Shown here: positions 26,288 to 38,931 of the stretch, one piece after another
Layout: each line of letters begins with the position of its first letter
Position numbering within the stretch: position 1 is the stretch's first letter
Assembly: GCA_004022145.1 (NCBI GenBank)
Contig: RCNU01000001.1
DNA length: 64,000 bases
Source: Paecilomyces variotii
Taxonomy: Eukaryota
Strand: one strand, 5' to 3'
The notes under the pieces: generated by a model
Databases searched by the model: none
What the model saw: only the letters and a program-made list of their open reading frames with translations
What the model was told of the DNA's origin: nothing
Made by a program: the position numbers and the translations under genes

Positions 26288-28085
26288 ATGGCCCCCCAGA
26301 AACGCAAGACCGCAGGCACAGGCAGAAATGACACGGAACAAACCAACAAACGTGGAAAGCTGGACCTGTCAAGTCCACATCCCAATGCGCAACAGTCTGA
26401 GGATTTTGGCATTGTCCTGCGAGAATTCTATCCGCCGGAAATGAGCAACGAGCGCTGTTTGGCCTACAAGGACGGGGCCCTGGAACGACCGATCGAGACA
26501 CTACAGCGGGCCTACGAAGACACTTTCGACCAGCGTGAGGCCATCAAGGCCGGCAATGCAGTGGTGCACTGGTTCAAGTCTGACCTGCGACTACACGATA
26601 ATCGTGCACTACATTTGGCATACCAGAGCGCGAAGGAAAATAACATCCCGTTAATCGGGCTGTATATTCTGTCGCCGCAGGATTTGACGGCTCACCTATC
26701 GAGTCCGGCTCGGGTCGACCTAACTCTGCGCACTCTAAGCCAATTAAAGCGCGATCTGAGCGAGTTGGATATCCCCTTGTATATGGAGACGCAGGAGTCT
26801 CGCAAGAAGATCCCTCAGCGGATTGTGGATTTGTGTCAGCAATGGGGAGCGAACAAACTCTACGCGAATCTGGAATATGAGGTTGACGAGTTGCGACGCG
26901 AGGCTAAGCTGATCAGATTGTGCGCAAGCAATGGAATCAAGTTTGAGGCCGTCCATGATACTTGCGTTGTGCCCCCCGGACAAGTGGCCAGTCAACAAGG
27001 TAAACAGTACGCCGTGTATACTCCCTGGTACCGCGCATGGGTCGGTTACCTGAACGACAATCGCGATTGCTTGGAACCGTCAGAGGAGCCAGGTTCCAAT
27101 CCAGGTGATGCGCGGAGACGCTTCAAGGAGTTATTTGCTAGCGAGGTTCCTGCTGCACCACAGAACAAGCAATTGTCGGAGGAGGAAAAGAAACATCTTA
27201 GTCAACTGTATCCAGCGGGCGAGCACGAGGCGCTACGTCGATTAGAGGTATTCCTGGAGGAGAAGGTGAGAGATTATGCAGATGCACGAAATACTGTATG
27301 CGGGCAAACGACCTCAATCCTAAGTCCCTACTTTGCATCGGGCGCACTGAGTGCAAGGACGGCAGTCGAACAGGCCCGCAAGGCCAACAAGGGTTCTCTG
27401 CAACATGGTGACCCCGGCCTTGTTCAATGGATTAGTGAGGTGGCCTGGCGCGACTTTTACAAACACGTCCTGGTGCATTGGCCATTTATCTGGTGAGACT
27501 TCGATCTACTCTTCGCGCAGCGTATCTAACTGGAGTAGCATGAACAAATGCTTCAAGCCTGAGTTCACCAATCTGGAATGGGAGTACGATGAGGACAAGT
27601 TCAACCTCTGGTGCGAAGGGAAAACCGGCTTTCCCATCGTGGACGCCGCCATGCGTCAGCTCAAGCAAGATAAATGGATGCACAACCGGACGCGCATGGT
27701 CGTCGCCTCTTTTCTCTCCAAAGATCTACTTATTGACTGGCGCCGCGGCGAGCGGTATTTCATGGAGAATCTCATCGACGGGGACTTTGCGTCCAACCAC
27801 GGCGGCTGGGGATTTGGATCGAGCACAGGCGTGGATCCTCAGCCATACTTCCGAATCTTCAATCCGCTCCGTCAGAGTGAACGATTCGATCCGGATGGCG
27901 AGTATATCCGAAAATGGGTGCCAGAGCTGCGTGATATCCAAGGGCCGGAGATACATGAACCCTACGCACGAGGAGCGGAGGCAATTGCGCAGAAGAATGG
28001 CTATCCACGCCCAATGGTTGATCATTCAACAAGCAGGGACCGAGCGTTAAAGCGCTACAAACGGGCGAGTGAGAATGGGCCTTGA
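26288..28085 (+). CDS. phr1: Class I CPD DNA photolyase / cryptochrome family
   Basis: VHWFKSDLRLHDNRAL, TSILSPYFASG, EVAWRDFY, GKTGFPIVDAAMRQL, WMHNRTRM, DGDFASNHGGWG, PYFRIFNP. 46-nt intron at 27493-27538. Confidence 0.95.
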
Positions 28086-29496
28086 TCAGCGGTCACTTGT
28101 AAGTATGGTCATGAAACAGATTAAACGTGACGCAAGTTCGATGGGAACTGGCAGTGTACAGTATGTATAGCCATGACGCAAAGCCAGGCAAAACAAGCAA
28201 GCACAGCACAGGACTATTCTGAATACATTATGTATAGTAACGCTTTTCTTTCTCGTTTCCCCATGAGAGCGATTCAAAAAGAAAACTAGGCACGGGATAC
28301 ACTTACTACTTCAAGTTCCATATGACAGGCGGAGAAAAATACACTTTAAGTGGAAGATCAATAATTTGAATAGAGTAATCGAGGATTCATCAAGCCTGTC
28401 GTAATTGGAAATTGTCTCATTTTATATATCCTCTCTGAGAACTCGACGATCGGGTATTTCTTTTTCGTGACCCTGAAGAAGTCCTTCCTTACTTACTCTT
28501 AGTACTGTACATATAATGCCTTTCGGCTCTTTTTCTCCGCTGTGGAGTTGGAATATTAACTAGTTACCCTTTCTTGTAGTTTAGGTAATTGATTAAGGTA
28601 ATTACTGGTTATGTCCTGGAGTAAATCGGCGATGTGTACATGCATAGTACAGTAGATCTCGTGTCGGATGATGTCATTTTGATTCTGCGACTGGGTAAGT
28701 AAGTAAGAGGGTTGAAGTGTATTTATGATTATTGGAGGGGATTTTTTACGACCCCTCGCGAACTTATGCTAATTGTCTGTTTCTAGGAGTCACTACGGAC
28801 GTGAGGTATTTGGGGAAAGGGCCAAGATACCCGATGGAAGAAGGAAGCGAGGTTAGGAGGATACCTAAATTATCGTACCATAGGGCTGTGCTGTCTGATC
28901 GGCAGATTGCAATGCTAGACTATTAAAAAGTATAACAATATGTACCGTGATATGCTGTTAGCGCTTACTTCCCTTGGACTAATTAATTACTCCGTGATTA
29001 ACTACCGTGGTCGGGGTCTGTACCGTATAGCCGGGTCATCCGGCAACCCCATGGAGGAGGCATGTACCATATCCAAGAAAGCACGTCTTTTGAGAAAAAA
29101 TCGAACAGAGTGGTATTGTTGTTAAATCATAGCCTAGCGTAATAATATGTAGGGCCCGAACACAGGGTATCTAGGACACCCACGAAGAACGTTTCTCATC
29201 AGACATACGAAATCCCATATCAGAACAGAACATCAGAAAAGCCCCTGGACCTGGATCCGATTCTTTCGAGCGAACCATGGATCCCAGCTGCAGGAAGAAA
29301 AAATGCACCTGAAGGAATCCCAGACAGACACAAAAAAAAAAGAACCAAATCCCGGCTCCTCTCGCTCTCAAAACTCCGCCGCTCGTAAGAAGAAAAGAAG
29401 TGAGAGCGGACTAAAAAAGGCAACAATGTAGTCAACTTTTTTGTACACAAGGCGCCGTCGACGAACAAGACAGGTAAGTGTGGAGGAATGTGAATT

Positions 29497-30003
29497 TCAG
29501 CCCCTGTTTGTTCGTCGGATGGCCCTCTCAAAGCCCCGAATGGTGTCTAGCGGCCGTTCGTAACGGTATCGGGTAGGATTGGAGATGTCAGGCTCGGCTA
29601 GCGGATCTTCGTTAGTTCCGTTGCATTGCCACCAGAACCAGACAATGAAGATTGTTGGGCAGCATAGGCGACAATGGGTTAGAAAAAGAACTTACTGATA
29701 GGGTTTCCTTTGGCATCCCGGTGCTGCATCTCACTCAGCGATGCCATGGTTGACTTTTCGAATGCGAGGGCAGCTTTTGTCAGAGATGGGATGTTAGCCG
29801 GGCCCCCAGATATACTTCAGCGATGCAGTGGAGAGTCAAGTAGAAAAGGGAAAAAAAAAAGAGGACATACCTGGCTGCGCTTCATTAATGGCCATAACTG
29901 GGTTGGCCTTGGTCTGCAGGTTGACCTTGAGATCTTTCGATCCAGCCGAGGTTCTGCTTCCATCAGAGGAGGAAGACTTGGTGGCCTTGTGAGACTTGAA
30001 CAT
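29497..30003 (-). CDS. DUF2406-family small protein (3 exons; not in the ORF track)
   Basis: MFKSHK..KANPVMAINEAQP / A..EKSTMASLSEMQHRDAKGNPI / EPDISNPTRYRYERPLDTIRGFERAI.., joined by GT-AG introns. Confidence 0.85.
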
Positions 30004-31614
30004 GTTGTCTCTGTGTGGTCTGCCTAGATGATTTTAGGATCCGGATGGATGGATGGATGGATGGATAGATTCTAGATAGACAGAATGAATGACGAGGGGT
30101 GGATTTGATCCGCGGTAGGATGGAGTCCAGTGAATGTAGGTAGTAGTATATAGAGAACGAACGTAAGAGAGCGACGCAGTGCAGCCCTTTTTTCTCTTGT
30201 ATCTAGGTTGTTGTACGGGATGGTACTGAGGAGATAGAGCGGAGTGATAGAGAATGGAATGGAGGGGATGGCTTGTTCTTGAAAGAATAAATGGGCAGAC
30301 AGGGTTCCGCGGACAGAGTCTCCTCTCCATCTGGTCGATTGGACATCCCATCCGATGGGCAAAGCCACCGATTGCTATAATTATTCCGGAGCACGGCAGT
30401 TGTTCCAATCCGACGGGCTAACTAGTCTAACATTCTATTCTGGACTCTGGGCTCTCTCTCTGCTCCAGCCCATCCCAGCATCCCGTGTCTGTCGCTCTCT
30501 GACAGGCTGTCGTGGCCTCCTTCTGGGCTGTCTTCTCGAAACTTCAACGAGCTGCTTTTCCATTCCTCCAGGAACGCGTGTCCCGCTGACGACATTGGCC
30601 CGTCTTTGCATCATCGCGGTTTGCATTAAATGGTCAAGCTTTTTAGTCGCAGACGATCACAGTCCGTTAGTTACTTTAGTGAGATGCGGGACAAAACAAT
30701 CCAGTCTGGTCTGTGCGAACTTGGAACTTCCACGAATCCACGCTGAAGTGTCTCAGATAATAAGTTTTTCCTCCCATCAGCGTGTTCCTGGCTAACTGGA
30801 GAGAGCAGCATCTCTCTCCCAATGAGATCCGGAATGTGATCGGGACCTGGCAGACTGCACTGCCCGTTTCAACTTTGGCGTCAGGGCTAGAGGACCAACC
30901 ACTGTCCCACAATGCCTGATCTACTCTAATAATAATCATAATGGTATTCTTGCGGGCTCTAGTTGGGAGTTACTCTACTCTAGATCCTCCCTACACTTCC
31001 TCCAGATGCTGCTGCGCCGCCCACTTGTCGTCAGGAACGCACCTATGCTAGCCAGGGCATACACTGGACGAACGGCTGGCTTGTATCCGTCAACGGTGCC
31101 AATAATGACTAATAAGTTGAGGCGCCGCAGGAAGTCCAGGCAGCCAGCGGAATCAATTCCCACACTAATTATGGTATGGTATATCCGGAGACCGGCTCAT
31201 TGATGCATCCCTCTAGATCCCGGCCAGGGACTATTGATAGTCTGACTTGAAAAATTTGCCGCGGCAACACCGACCCGAAAGAAACTCCTGGAATTCAATT
31301 ATTCGATGACACTGACATCTGGTTCTACTATCAACAAATCTGTCTCATAACAAAATATACTCTACGAATACAACATTCTCTGGCTAACGTCTTCTGAATG
31401 TCTCATATGATCTCAACTGAGTGCATAAGGCCAAACATATATATATATATATATATGGTACGTCATGGCTTCTCAGAAGACGCCACGAGAATTTGATCGC
31501 ACAGGGGTATCATCGCTATAGACATAGCGCCAACTGAATAATAGGACAACGCTAAATTCAGCTCAAATCCAAGACCGGACGATGGTTTTCGCCCAAACGC
31601 TGGAATGATGGGGT

Positions 31615-34600
31615 TTATTCCACTGATGCATTGTCATCATCGTCGTACTCAAAACCGATACTCTCTCCACGACTGAGCAGCGCCTCAATCGCCTCCTGGC
31701 CTTCGTATTCTCCATCACTATCCTCTTCATCCAGCTTGGACGCCAGTCGTTGTGACGTCTTGATGCTGAATTTGTAGCAACTGTACATCATATCGGTCAC
31801 GAGGCGCGCAGGAGCATGTCCGGTCTTGATGCGGCACAGCGTCTCCCCAAGCGCATAATACACAAAGTCAGATTGCGGATATCTCGCATAGGCACAAGAT
31901 GCTAGCAGCCGCTGCCATTCATATCGGCTATTGCGCCAGGTATGCAATAAGGGATGGTCACCTGCCGGCGGCTGAATCTGCTGGACAACGTCTCCTGCGG
32001 CTTGGGCGACGACTTTGAAAGATCTTTTCTCGTTGAGCCAGTTGTCGCGCCCCCACTTCGTGTGGGCATCCTCTACTTGACATTTAATCACCTTCAAGGC
32101 GTTGCCCACAACTTCCTGGCCTGCCCCGCTCTCTTGCCTCGCCCTGTTGACGGCAGTCTGCCACGGTCTCTCGAGGTCTTTATCAGACCGAGACTGGACA
32201 TCCAACTTATCGTACAGGTCCTCTACTGCTTTCAGAACCCGATTCACTTCCCTTCTTGCTACTTCAAACTTCAGGTAGTCGACAATATTGTTCGGATTCC
32301 ATCCACGATAATCGGGGTCCTTGTAAGCTGGCGGTCTGCGCGCACGAGGACTGATCTTACCGCGATACCGCTTCCAGGCATCCTCCGGAAGCCAAAGACC
32401 TGCCTTGCGGCTATCGACTAGGTGGCTGAGAAGTGCTGCCAATTCCTGGGCTCTACCGGAGTCTAGCGACTCCTCGTAGACAATCTTTTCATGCTCGACG
32501 GTGCACCGTCCCAGGTTGGAGGTGGTCAGGTTGAACATAAATGTTTTTTCGAGAAATTCGTCCGTGGAATGGATTTTTGTCATTGGAGCCGAATGCTTCA
32601 CGAGCTCGAAATACTCTGGACCTGGTGGATCTTTCGGGAGATGTGCGTTTCTGAAACTCTTCACGATGTTTTGGTCCCAGCAGATCCATGGAATATCTCC
32701 GTCGTAATCACCACCGGAAAGCATATGCGCTAGCGGGATATCTCCCTGGGTCGGGAAGACAATCACATCCTTGAAATGGCGCAGCTCTTGCTTCCACACG
32801 GCTCTTCGGCGCTGGATGTCCGATGGAAGATGAGCAGGAAGACGCCCTACGAGAACTTCGACGCCATCAAGCATGTTGTCTTCGAAACTGGGGTCATCCC
32901 ACGCAGACGAAAAACCAAAGTGAACCTCATCTTCCTTCAGGACGCCGTAAGGATCGGCAATGCAGTACGCGTATGTTGAGAGAGGCACCCGGATGTGGAG
33001 CTCTTCAAAATAACGGTCCAAAGCGGCTTTCAAGCAGTTCCTGAGCCGCTTACGCAGAGGTAGGAAGTTGCGCGGAGTAAACCCTGCCTCTAGGAACCGG
33101 ATCACACTCTCTGAGTTGTCTAGCCACCAGGAATCCAATGCTCGAGACTTATTTCGAGACAGCCCCTCTTCTGCCGGCGGTCTGATCTTTTGGATCAAGG
33201 CTCTGCATAGCAGAGGACTGTCCTTTACCATGGCTGTTGTGAAGTCCTGATGGGCCTCCTCTATGCCGTCACGCACCAGACCGGCGACATAGTCCTTCAC
33301 GTCTCCTCTGTTGTCAAGGATATTGAGGAGTTGGATGTTCAGATCGACCGAGTGCAAAGGCTTCGACCAATTTGTGACTTCAAACGTGAGCTTTTCCTTA
33401 TCGGAGCCAGGGTGCTGCCAGTAGCGGGGATGGGGTTTGACTTTCAGCTGGGAGTCTGAGATCTGGATCCAGAGCTCATCGCCATCTCCAAGAAAAGAAT
33501 TGTGTCTATCCACCATCCATAGCCCTTTAGCTCCTGCTATCCGGCCCTGGAAGCAGCTAGGGGTGCTCCCAGAGATTCCCAATTGGTCGCAGATGGTTCG
33601 TGCCAGAGCCCTAGACATCAAAGCACAGCCATCATTCATCACGGTCTTACCAGGATCATCTTTCAGATGGAAGATCTGGTCCGGGCGGAGAACGGCAGTA
33701 GCCCACGTTTTCGATAGAGCCAGCGAAATTCGCTGAAAGAGCTTGCAATCAGACTGCTCAACATTTGGCAGCTTGGGTATATGCCATTCGAGCAGCGATT
33801 CAACGCTCATTGGAGTGTGCTCGTCACTTCCCTGTCCAGCAGGGGCTAGGGTGGGCGCTTTCCGCTGATTGTGCTTGAAATCGATACCGTCCACGGCGAA
33901 GAACTCGACGCGGAACCTGATCTCTCCTGTCTGTTTCTTTTTGTTTTTGACTTCCTCCACGTAGAATGGTCTCCATGTTCTTCCAAGACATCGGTGGTCA
34001 TTCTGGGTAAGCCACTTGACTATGCTCTCCCGCAAGAGTGATGGGTGAGAAGGAAAACGGAGGTGTTCTGCTGGCCGGGAGGGTGCCGGTATGGTAAGGG
34101 TCAGAAATCTATCCGAGCCAAAGCGACGATGGAAACGGCAGCTCTTTTCCACGCGAAGAGGATTCAACTTGAGTTTCAGGATGCCTCGCTCAGACCAATC
34201 GCACCAGGACAGATCCCCTGAAAACACGGTGACTTCAGAATGTTTTTCTGGGTGCTTGAATTGGTTAACTGCCGAGTCCCAGGCACTCGACGCCGATTTT
34301 TCAGGAAGCGCCCTGCCGGATCTTTGACCGTGGTTCTCAATCCATCTCCAGAGGTCGTCGTATTTGGAAAATGGGACCTTCTCCCCTACAAGCATCTTCT
34401 CTGAAGGCAAATTCCATTCCCGGGCAATTCTTTCCAGTTCATACCTACATCGTACGGGAATATGGTGGGAAAACTTCCATTCTGTGGAGAAGGGGCCATG
34501 CTCAAGAAGTTCATTGACAAGCCCTTTCTCATACGGTGACCCGGGCTGAGGTGCATCTGGTATGGAAGGGCGTTCTGGTTCCCGCGTAAGATCAAACAGG

Positions 34601-35586
34601 TCATTTGCTTCATGACCGAGCATCAAGTCGACTATAGGACTGTCCTGAGTTGGACCGTAATCCCATGGGTCTGTCAGATCAGTGGCGTCAGTTCCAAATG
34701 AAGTGTCCAGATTGCGCGAGTCCCCGAGGCCAAGATAACTCGACGATGCAGTGGTTGAAAAGCTGACCGCGGGCTTGCTCGCAGATCCTGCAGCTTGTTT
34801 GTCAGTTGGCGGCTCGGACAATGGCTTTGTTGCCTTCAGAAACTCGTGTATGGTGGATTGTCTTTTCTTGGACTTCTTAGGAGATATCTGTTTCTGTGCG
34901 TCGTCGATCGCGTCATCAGTCCTGCTCATCGCATCGATTTCCATGTCATCCAGATCTGAATCGTCAAACTCGTCACCGTCTGCTGCTAACGAGTCTGAGA
35001 TCGTAGGAGACTCTACGGGGGAGCTAGGAGCTGTATAAAATACCTCTTGTTCGTCTGATGGCCTTCGTTTTGCAAAAGATAGTTGGTGTCTTTGAGTGCT
35101 GCCGGAAATATGTTCTCTCGATGGGCCATTCGACAAGTCTCTCGGCATTGCTCTCGACCCCAAGGCATCCGTGCCATAAGAACCCCTGTTGATGAGATAG
35201 ATCTCATCATCGATCAGTTTCAACAATTCCCGCAGACGGATTTCTCGTTCGGCATCCGAAATCGCTTTGCGGCCGTCTTTTCTCAAGAAATCATGCTGGG
35301 AGGGCAATGTGCCCGGTTCCTGGCCCCGTTTGTAGACCCATTGCGTCTGGCGTGGTGTCACCCACTCTTCGAAGTTGTTGATCACCCTTTTTATATCGAC
35401 GTTGCGATTATAATAGATGATCCTGATTCCATAGAAACAACGCCAGTCCAAAGGTTTGTCCGTCCCATGGGTAGCTGGAGAATACATAACCGGATTGGGC
35501 AACTGCAGTTCATATTTCACATTGAGTGTTTCAATTATGCGATTTAACTCCTCAACGGGCTTCACTGGGGTGCGAGGACTATTCAT
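31615..35586 (-). CDS. RNA-dependent RNA polymerase, QDE-1/RrpA-like (single exon)
   Basis: CRFHRRFGSDRFL, MNDGCALMS, FQGRIAGAKGLW, ADPYGVLKEDEV, catalytic LSGGDYDGD. Probable start MNSPRTP at 35586. Confidence 0.93.
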   Translation of the reverse strand: MNSPRTPVKPVEELNRIIETLNVKYELQLPNPVMYSPATHGTDKPLDWRCFYGIRIIYYNRNVDIKRVINNFEEWVTPRQTQWVYKRGQEPGTLPSQHDFLRKDGRKAISDAEREIRLRELLKLIDDEIYLINRGSYGTDALGSRAMPRDLSNGPSREHISGSTQRHQLSFAKRRPSDEQEVFYTAPSSPVESPTISDSLAADGDEFDDSDLDDMEIDAMSRTDDAIDDAQKQISPKKSKKRQSTIHEFLKATKPLSEPPTDKQAAGSASKPAVSFSTTASSSYLGLGDSRNLDTSFGTDATDLTDPWDYGPTQDSPIVDLMLGHEANDLFDLTREPERPSIPDAPQPGSPYEKGLVNELLEHGPFSTEWKFSHHIPVRCRYELERIAREWNLPSEKMLVGEKVPFSKYDDLWRWIENHGQRSGRALPEKSASSAWDSAVNQFKHPEKHSEVTVFSGDLSWCDWSERGILKLKLNPLRVEKSCRFHRRFGSDRFLTLTIPAPSRPAEHLRFPSHPSLLRESIVKWLTQNDHRCLGRTWRPFYVEEVKNKKKQTGEIRFRVEFFAVDGIDFKHNQRKAPTLAPAGQGSDEHTPMSVESLLEWHIPKLPNVEQSDCKLFQRISLALSKTWATAVLRPDQIFHLKDDPGKTVMNDGCALMSRALARTICDQLGISGSTPSCFQGRIAGAKGLWMVDRHNSFLGDGDELWIQISDSQLKVKPHPRYWQHPGSDKEKLTFEVTNWSKPLHSVDLNIQLLNILDNRGDVKDYVAGLVRDGIEEAHQDFTTAMVKDSPLLCRALIQKIRPPAEEGLSRNKSRALDSWWLDNSESVIRFLEAGFTPRNFLPLRKRLRNCLKAALDRYFEELHIRVPLSTYAYCIADPYGVLKEDEVHFGFSSAWDDPSFEDNMLDGVEVLVGRLPAHLPSDIQRRRAVWKQELRHFKDVIVFPTQGDIPLAHMLSGGDYDGDIPWICWDQNIVKSFRNAHLPKDPPGPEYFELVKHSAPMTKIHSTDEFLEKTFMFNLTTSNLGRCTVEHEKIVYEESLDSGRAQELAALLSHLVDSRKAGLWLPEDAWKRYRGKISPRARRPPAYKDPDYRGWNPNNIVDYLKFEVARREVNRVLKAVEDLYDKLDVQSRSDKDLERPWQTAVNRARQESGAGQEVVGNALKVIKCQVEDAHTKWGRDNWLNEKRSFKVVAQAAGDVVQQIQPPAGDHPLLHTWRNSRYEWQRLLASCAYARYPQSDFVYYALGETLCRIKTGHAPARLVTDMMYSCYKFSIKTSQRLASKLDEEDSDGEYEGQEAIEALLSRGESIGFEYDDDDNASVE

Positions 35587-37023
35587 GTTGCCGTTGAGGA
35601 AGTGGCCTGCGACTTGATCCCAGCCCTTCCACTCATAAAGTGGACTCCCACTTGAACGAATACCACACAGAGAGACAATAGTCCTATCCAGGTACAAGAT
35701 GCCTCAGAAGAATGCCGACTTTGCAGTCTGAGACATCAGAATGATAATAATAATAATAATAATGTTGAGGTTAGAACCCCACTCATGAGTGCAGAAAGAG
35801 AGACAATAATTGCAAAGTGGCAGTCATCACAGCGCAATCAACGAACAAAGGCCCTCTGTCGTTTCGTTTCTATGGCGATTAGTTTGCCATTAGTGCCTTG
35901 GAGCTGCGGATGCGTACATGGCCATAGAGGGGCAGACAGCCTCAGGCCAGACAGGCAGGGGAAAGCACAGAAATAAAGGGAAAGGGAAATCAGAGCCCAC
36001 GCCAGCATGAACTGGGATTAGACTATAGTGCCTTTTTTTCTGCGACGGTCGGCACATGTCCACAGCCACCGGCTCTGCGGAATAGCAAGGATCCGCACTG
36101 TTATCCTAGATAGTGCGAGCTGCAAACTCACCATCCAGGGGTTTTCCCTTGGAGGCAGAACGACGATCAACTCATGGAGATAGCCAAGACTGAATAATAG
36201 ACAATATGATCAGACCAAGTCAGAATCTTAAAGGCTAGAACAACCAAACTGCATTGGCAGATGGGTTCTGTAGTGTATTTTGTTTTTGTGGGTGAGATTA
36301 TTATTCCGTCCCAAGTTTCGGGCTAGATATCTTGACGCGGGCCGATCCCGGTGCTCCACCTCCACCGTCTTTAAAACGTTGCGATCCCGCTGGGAAGAGA
36401 ACCACGAGACATGATGCTACCAGATGGAGAGAATGCAGTTTGTACTACATGATCATAGAAAAAGAGATCTGATTCCCACATGATTCACATTACAGTATTG
36501 CCGTCCACATGACCTGTTGTCAAGTATGTAGGTGGCTTTCCGGGCGGGTGCTTAAGCAGCGTTCTCATGGCCTTCTCTTTATGATGTCGAGAGAAGCGAT
36601 GAAACCGGAGCTTCCTGCACCTTCGCACTCTGTGGAAGTAGGTCATTAAACTACTCCGTACTCGAACAGCAGCATTTCGGAGAATGTGAGCTTGGCAGCT
36701 CATTATTCGTTTCTCATGCATAGATGACGTCCACCTCCCCCCTCTTGTTCTTTTTTACTTTTCCTTTTCGGAATGCTCCAAGGAGGATACATCGTGAATA
36801 TACGTAATCATTATAGAGATAAATTATTACACAGCAGAAAGAGCTGATCGTAAAGAAATAGAGCACACACACTCATCAAGAAAAACATAGCCTCGTAAAC
36901 GTAACATGGGCACGACATACATAGACCAGTTAACAAAAGACAGGACCATAAAGGAAGAAGCTCTAGATTCGACTCTCTATACCAAGAAAGGGAAAGAAAA
37001 AGCCAGCAGCAGTCAAGATTCTC

Positions 37024-38931
37024 CTAGAACAGCCACGAAACAAAAATATTGTAGACCCAATTGCGCTGCTGGTGCTTCGTTTCGGCTGCCTTACGGGCCT
37101 CATACTCTGCTTCTTCGCGATCGATGGCATCCTTGCCTGTCCAGAGGTCTGCTTCATGCGGTTTGACGCCTTTGGACTTCATGATGATCTTGTAACCGAA
37201 TATGAGGATGAGGTATAGAGGAATGCCAAGGTAACCAGTAATGAAGTTCTTGTAGTCGAAGTTGCCGTATTTGAAGACATCATAGTTCTTGGTAAACGCG
37301 ATGATGATGCAGAATATCAGGGCAGCCCAGGATCCTAGAGCTCCAAAAGGAGCCTTGTAGGCGAGCGTAGACTCGGGGACGTGCTGGGCCTTGCGGGCTC
37401 GGATGAAATAAAGGTGGGTGACCAAAATGGAAATCCAGGTCAAAAGGCCGAAGATTGTGACCAGGTTGACGAAATACTGGAATACGGTCGTCGAGCTTGA
37501 CGAAACGTTCATGTATGCCAGAAGACAAAAGAGTGAGGAGAGTCCCAATGCGTAGATAGGCACTCCTCTGCGATCCGTCCGGGCCAGGATCCTAGGTGCC
37601 TTGCCTTCCCTCGCCAGACCGTAGATTGTCCTGGTCGCGATATACAGGTCTGAGTTTGATGCAGAAAAGACAAAGACCAAAATACACGCGTTGAGGATAT
37701 CGGGAAGAGCAGGGATAGTGGCAAGCTTGATCGCCACAACGAATGGTGAAGCGGCGGCGGAGTTCGAAGCCTTGGTTGCGAAAATGAGTTCGTGCGAATT
37801 ATACGGAACCAGCATGCCGAGCAGGAGAACACTCAGAATATAGAAAACCAAGATTCGATAGAAGGTGAGTTTGATCGCACGTGGGATCGTCTTTCGAGGG
37901 TTCTGAGCCTCTCCGACAGTCACACCGACCAGTTCTGTGCCGAGATAGGCGAATGTGGCCGACACCATGGTGGCCCAGAGTGCGTAAAATCTACCAGCAG
38001 CTCCAGTATCAATGTACGTATTGAATGCCCCTGGGTTGTTCCAATAGCGGAAGCCCTTCCTGTCGTGATCGGGACCGCCTCCCAGTGCCAAAATCAGAGA
38101 CAAAAGGATAAGGCCCAGGATGACAACGACCTTGAACGAGGATAACCAGAACTCGAATTCACCGAAGAATCTAATTCCGAAGTAGTTGATGCTGACAATC
38201 AATACCAGGAATATCGTGATCCAGACACCTGGATTCACCTTTTCACGGTCCAGCCAGTACGTTATCACCATTGCGCCGGCGGTCAATTGGTTTGGCGTAG
38301 TGATGATATATTTAAACCAGTATCTGTAGTATCGATATTAGCCTCCTAGAATCAGAACGGGTGTCCAGTTTCAGACTTACGTCCAACCCAAAGTAAAACC
38401 GAGAGCTGGGTCGCAGAAACGAACGGCGTAGCCAGTGAAGCCAGAAGGCAGTGGGAGCCATGCAGCCATCTCTCCAAGCGCACACATGACGAGATAGACG
38501 ACGAAGCCGACGATCGAGTAAGAGATCAAAATAGAAGCAGGCTACATGGGTTGAAATTAGAACTGTATTCTTCGTGATCTAGATCACTTACCCCAGCCCT
38601 GCAGGGAATCGTTAGCACATAAAGATCCCCCTTCGGTAGGTTCCAGATTGACTTACTTTGCAAGAGCACTTCCAGTATTAATAATAAGGCCAGTCCCAAT
38701 AGCACCACCGATAGCTTCTAGAGTCAGCTACATGAGAAAACATCTTCTGCAGTTACTCCACTTACCGATCATTGTAATATGACGAGCCTTGAGCCCCCGG
38801 TGGAGGTCAACGTGGGGTTCATCGTGAGCAGTGATACCCTCTTCGGAGGCAAAGGTAGTACCAATTTCGTGCTCATTCTTCGACGGACTTATCGTTGACG
38901 AACTGTCTGTTCTGCGTTGCCAAATTCCCAT
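37024..38931 (-). CDS. APC/YAT amino-acid permease, Dip5-like
   Basis: LHRGLKARHITMIAIGGAIGTG, FFGEFEFWLS, GFRYW, AYLGTELVGVTVGEAQNP. Four introns, including a 7-nt exon. Confidence 0.92.
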
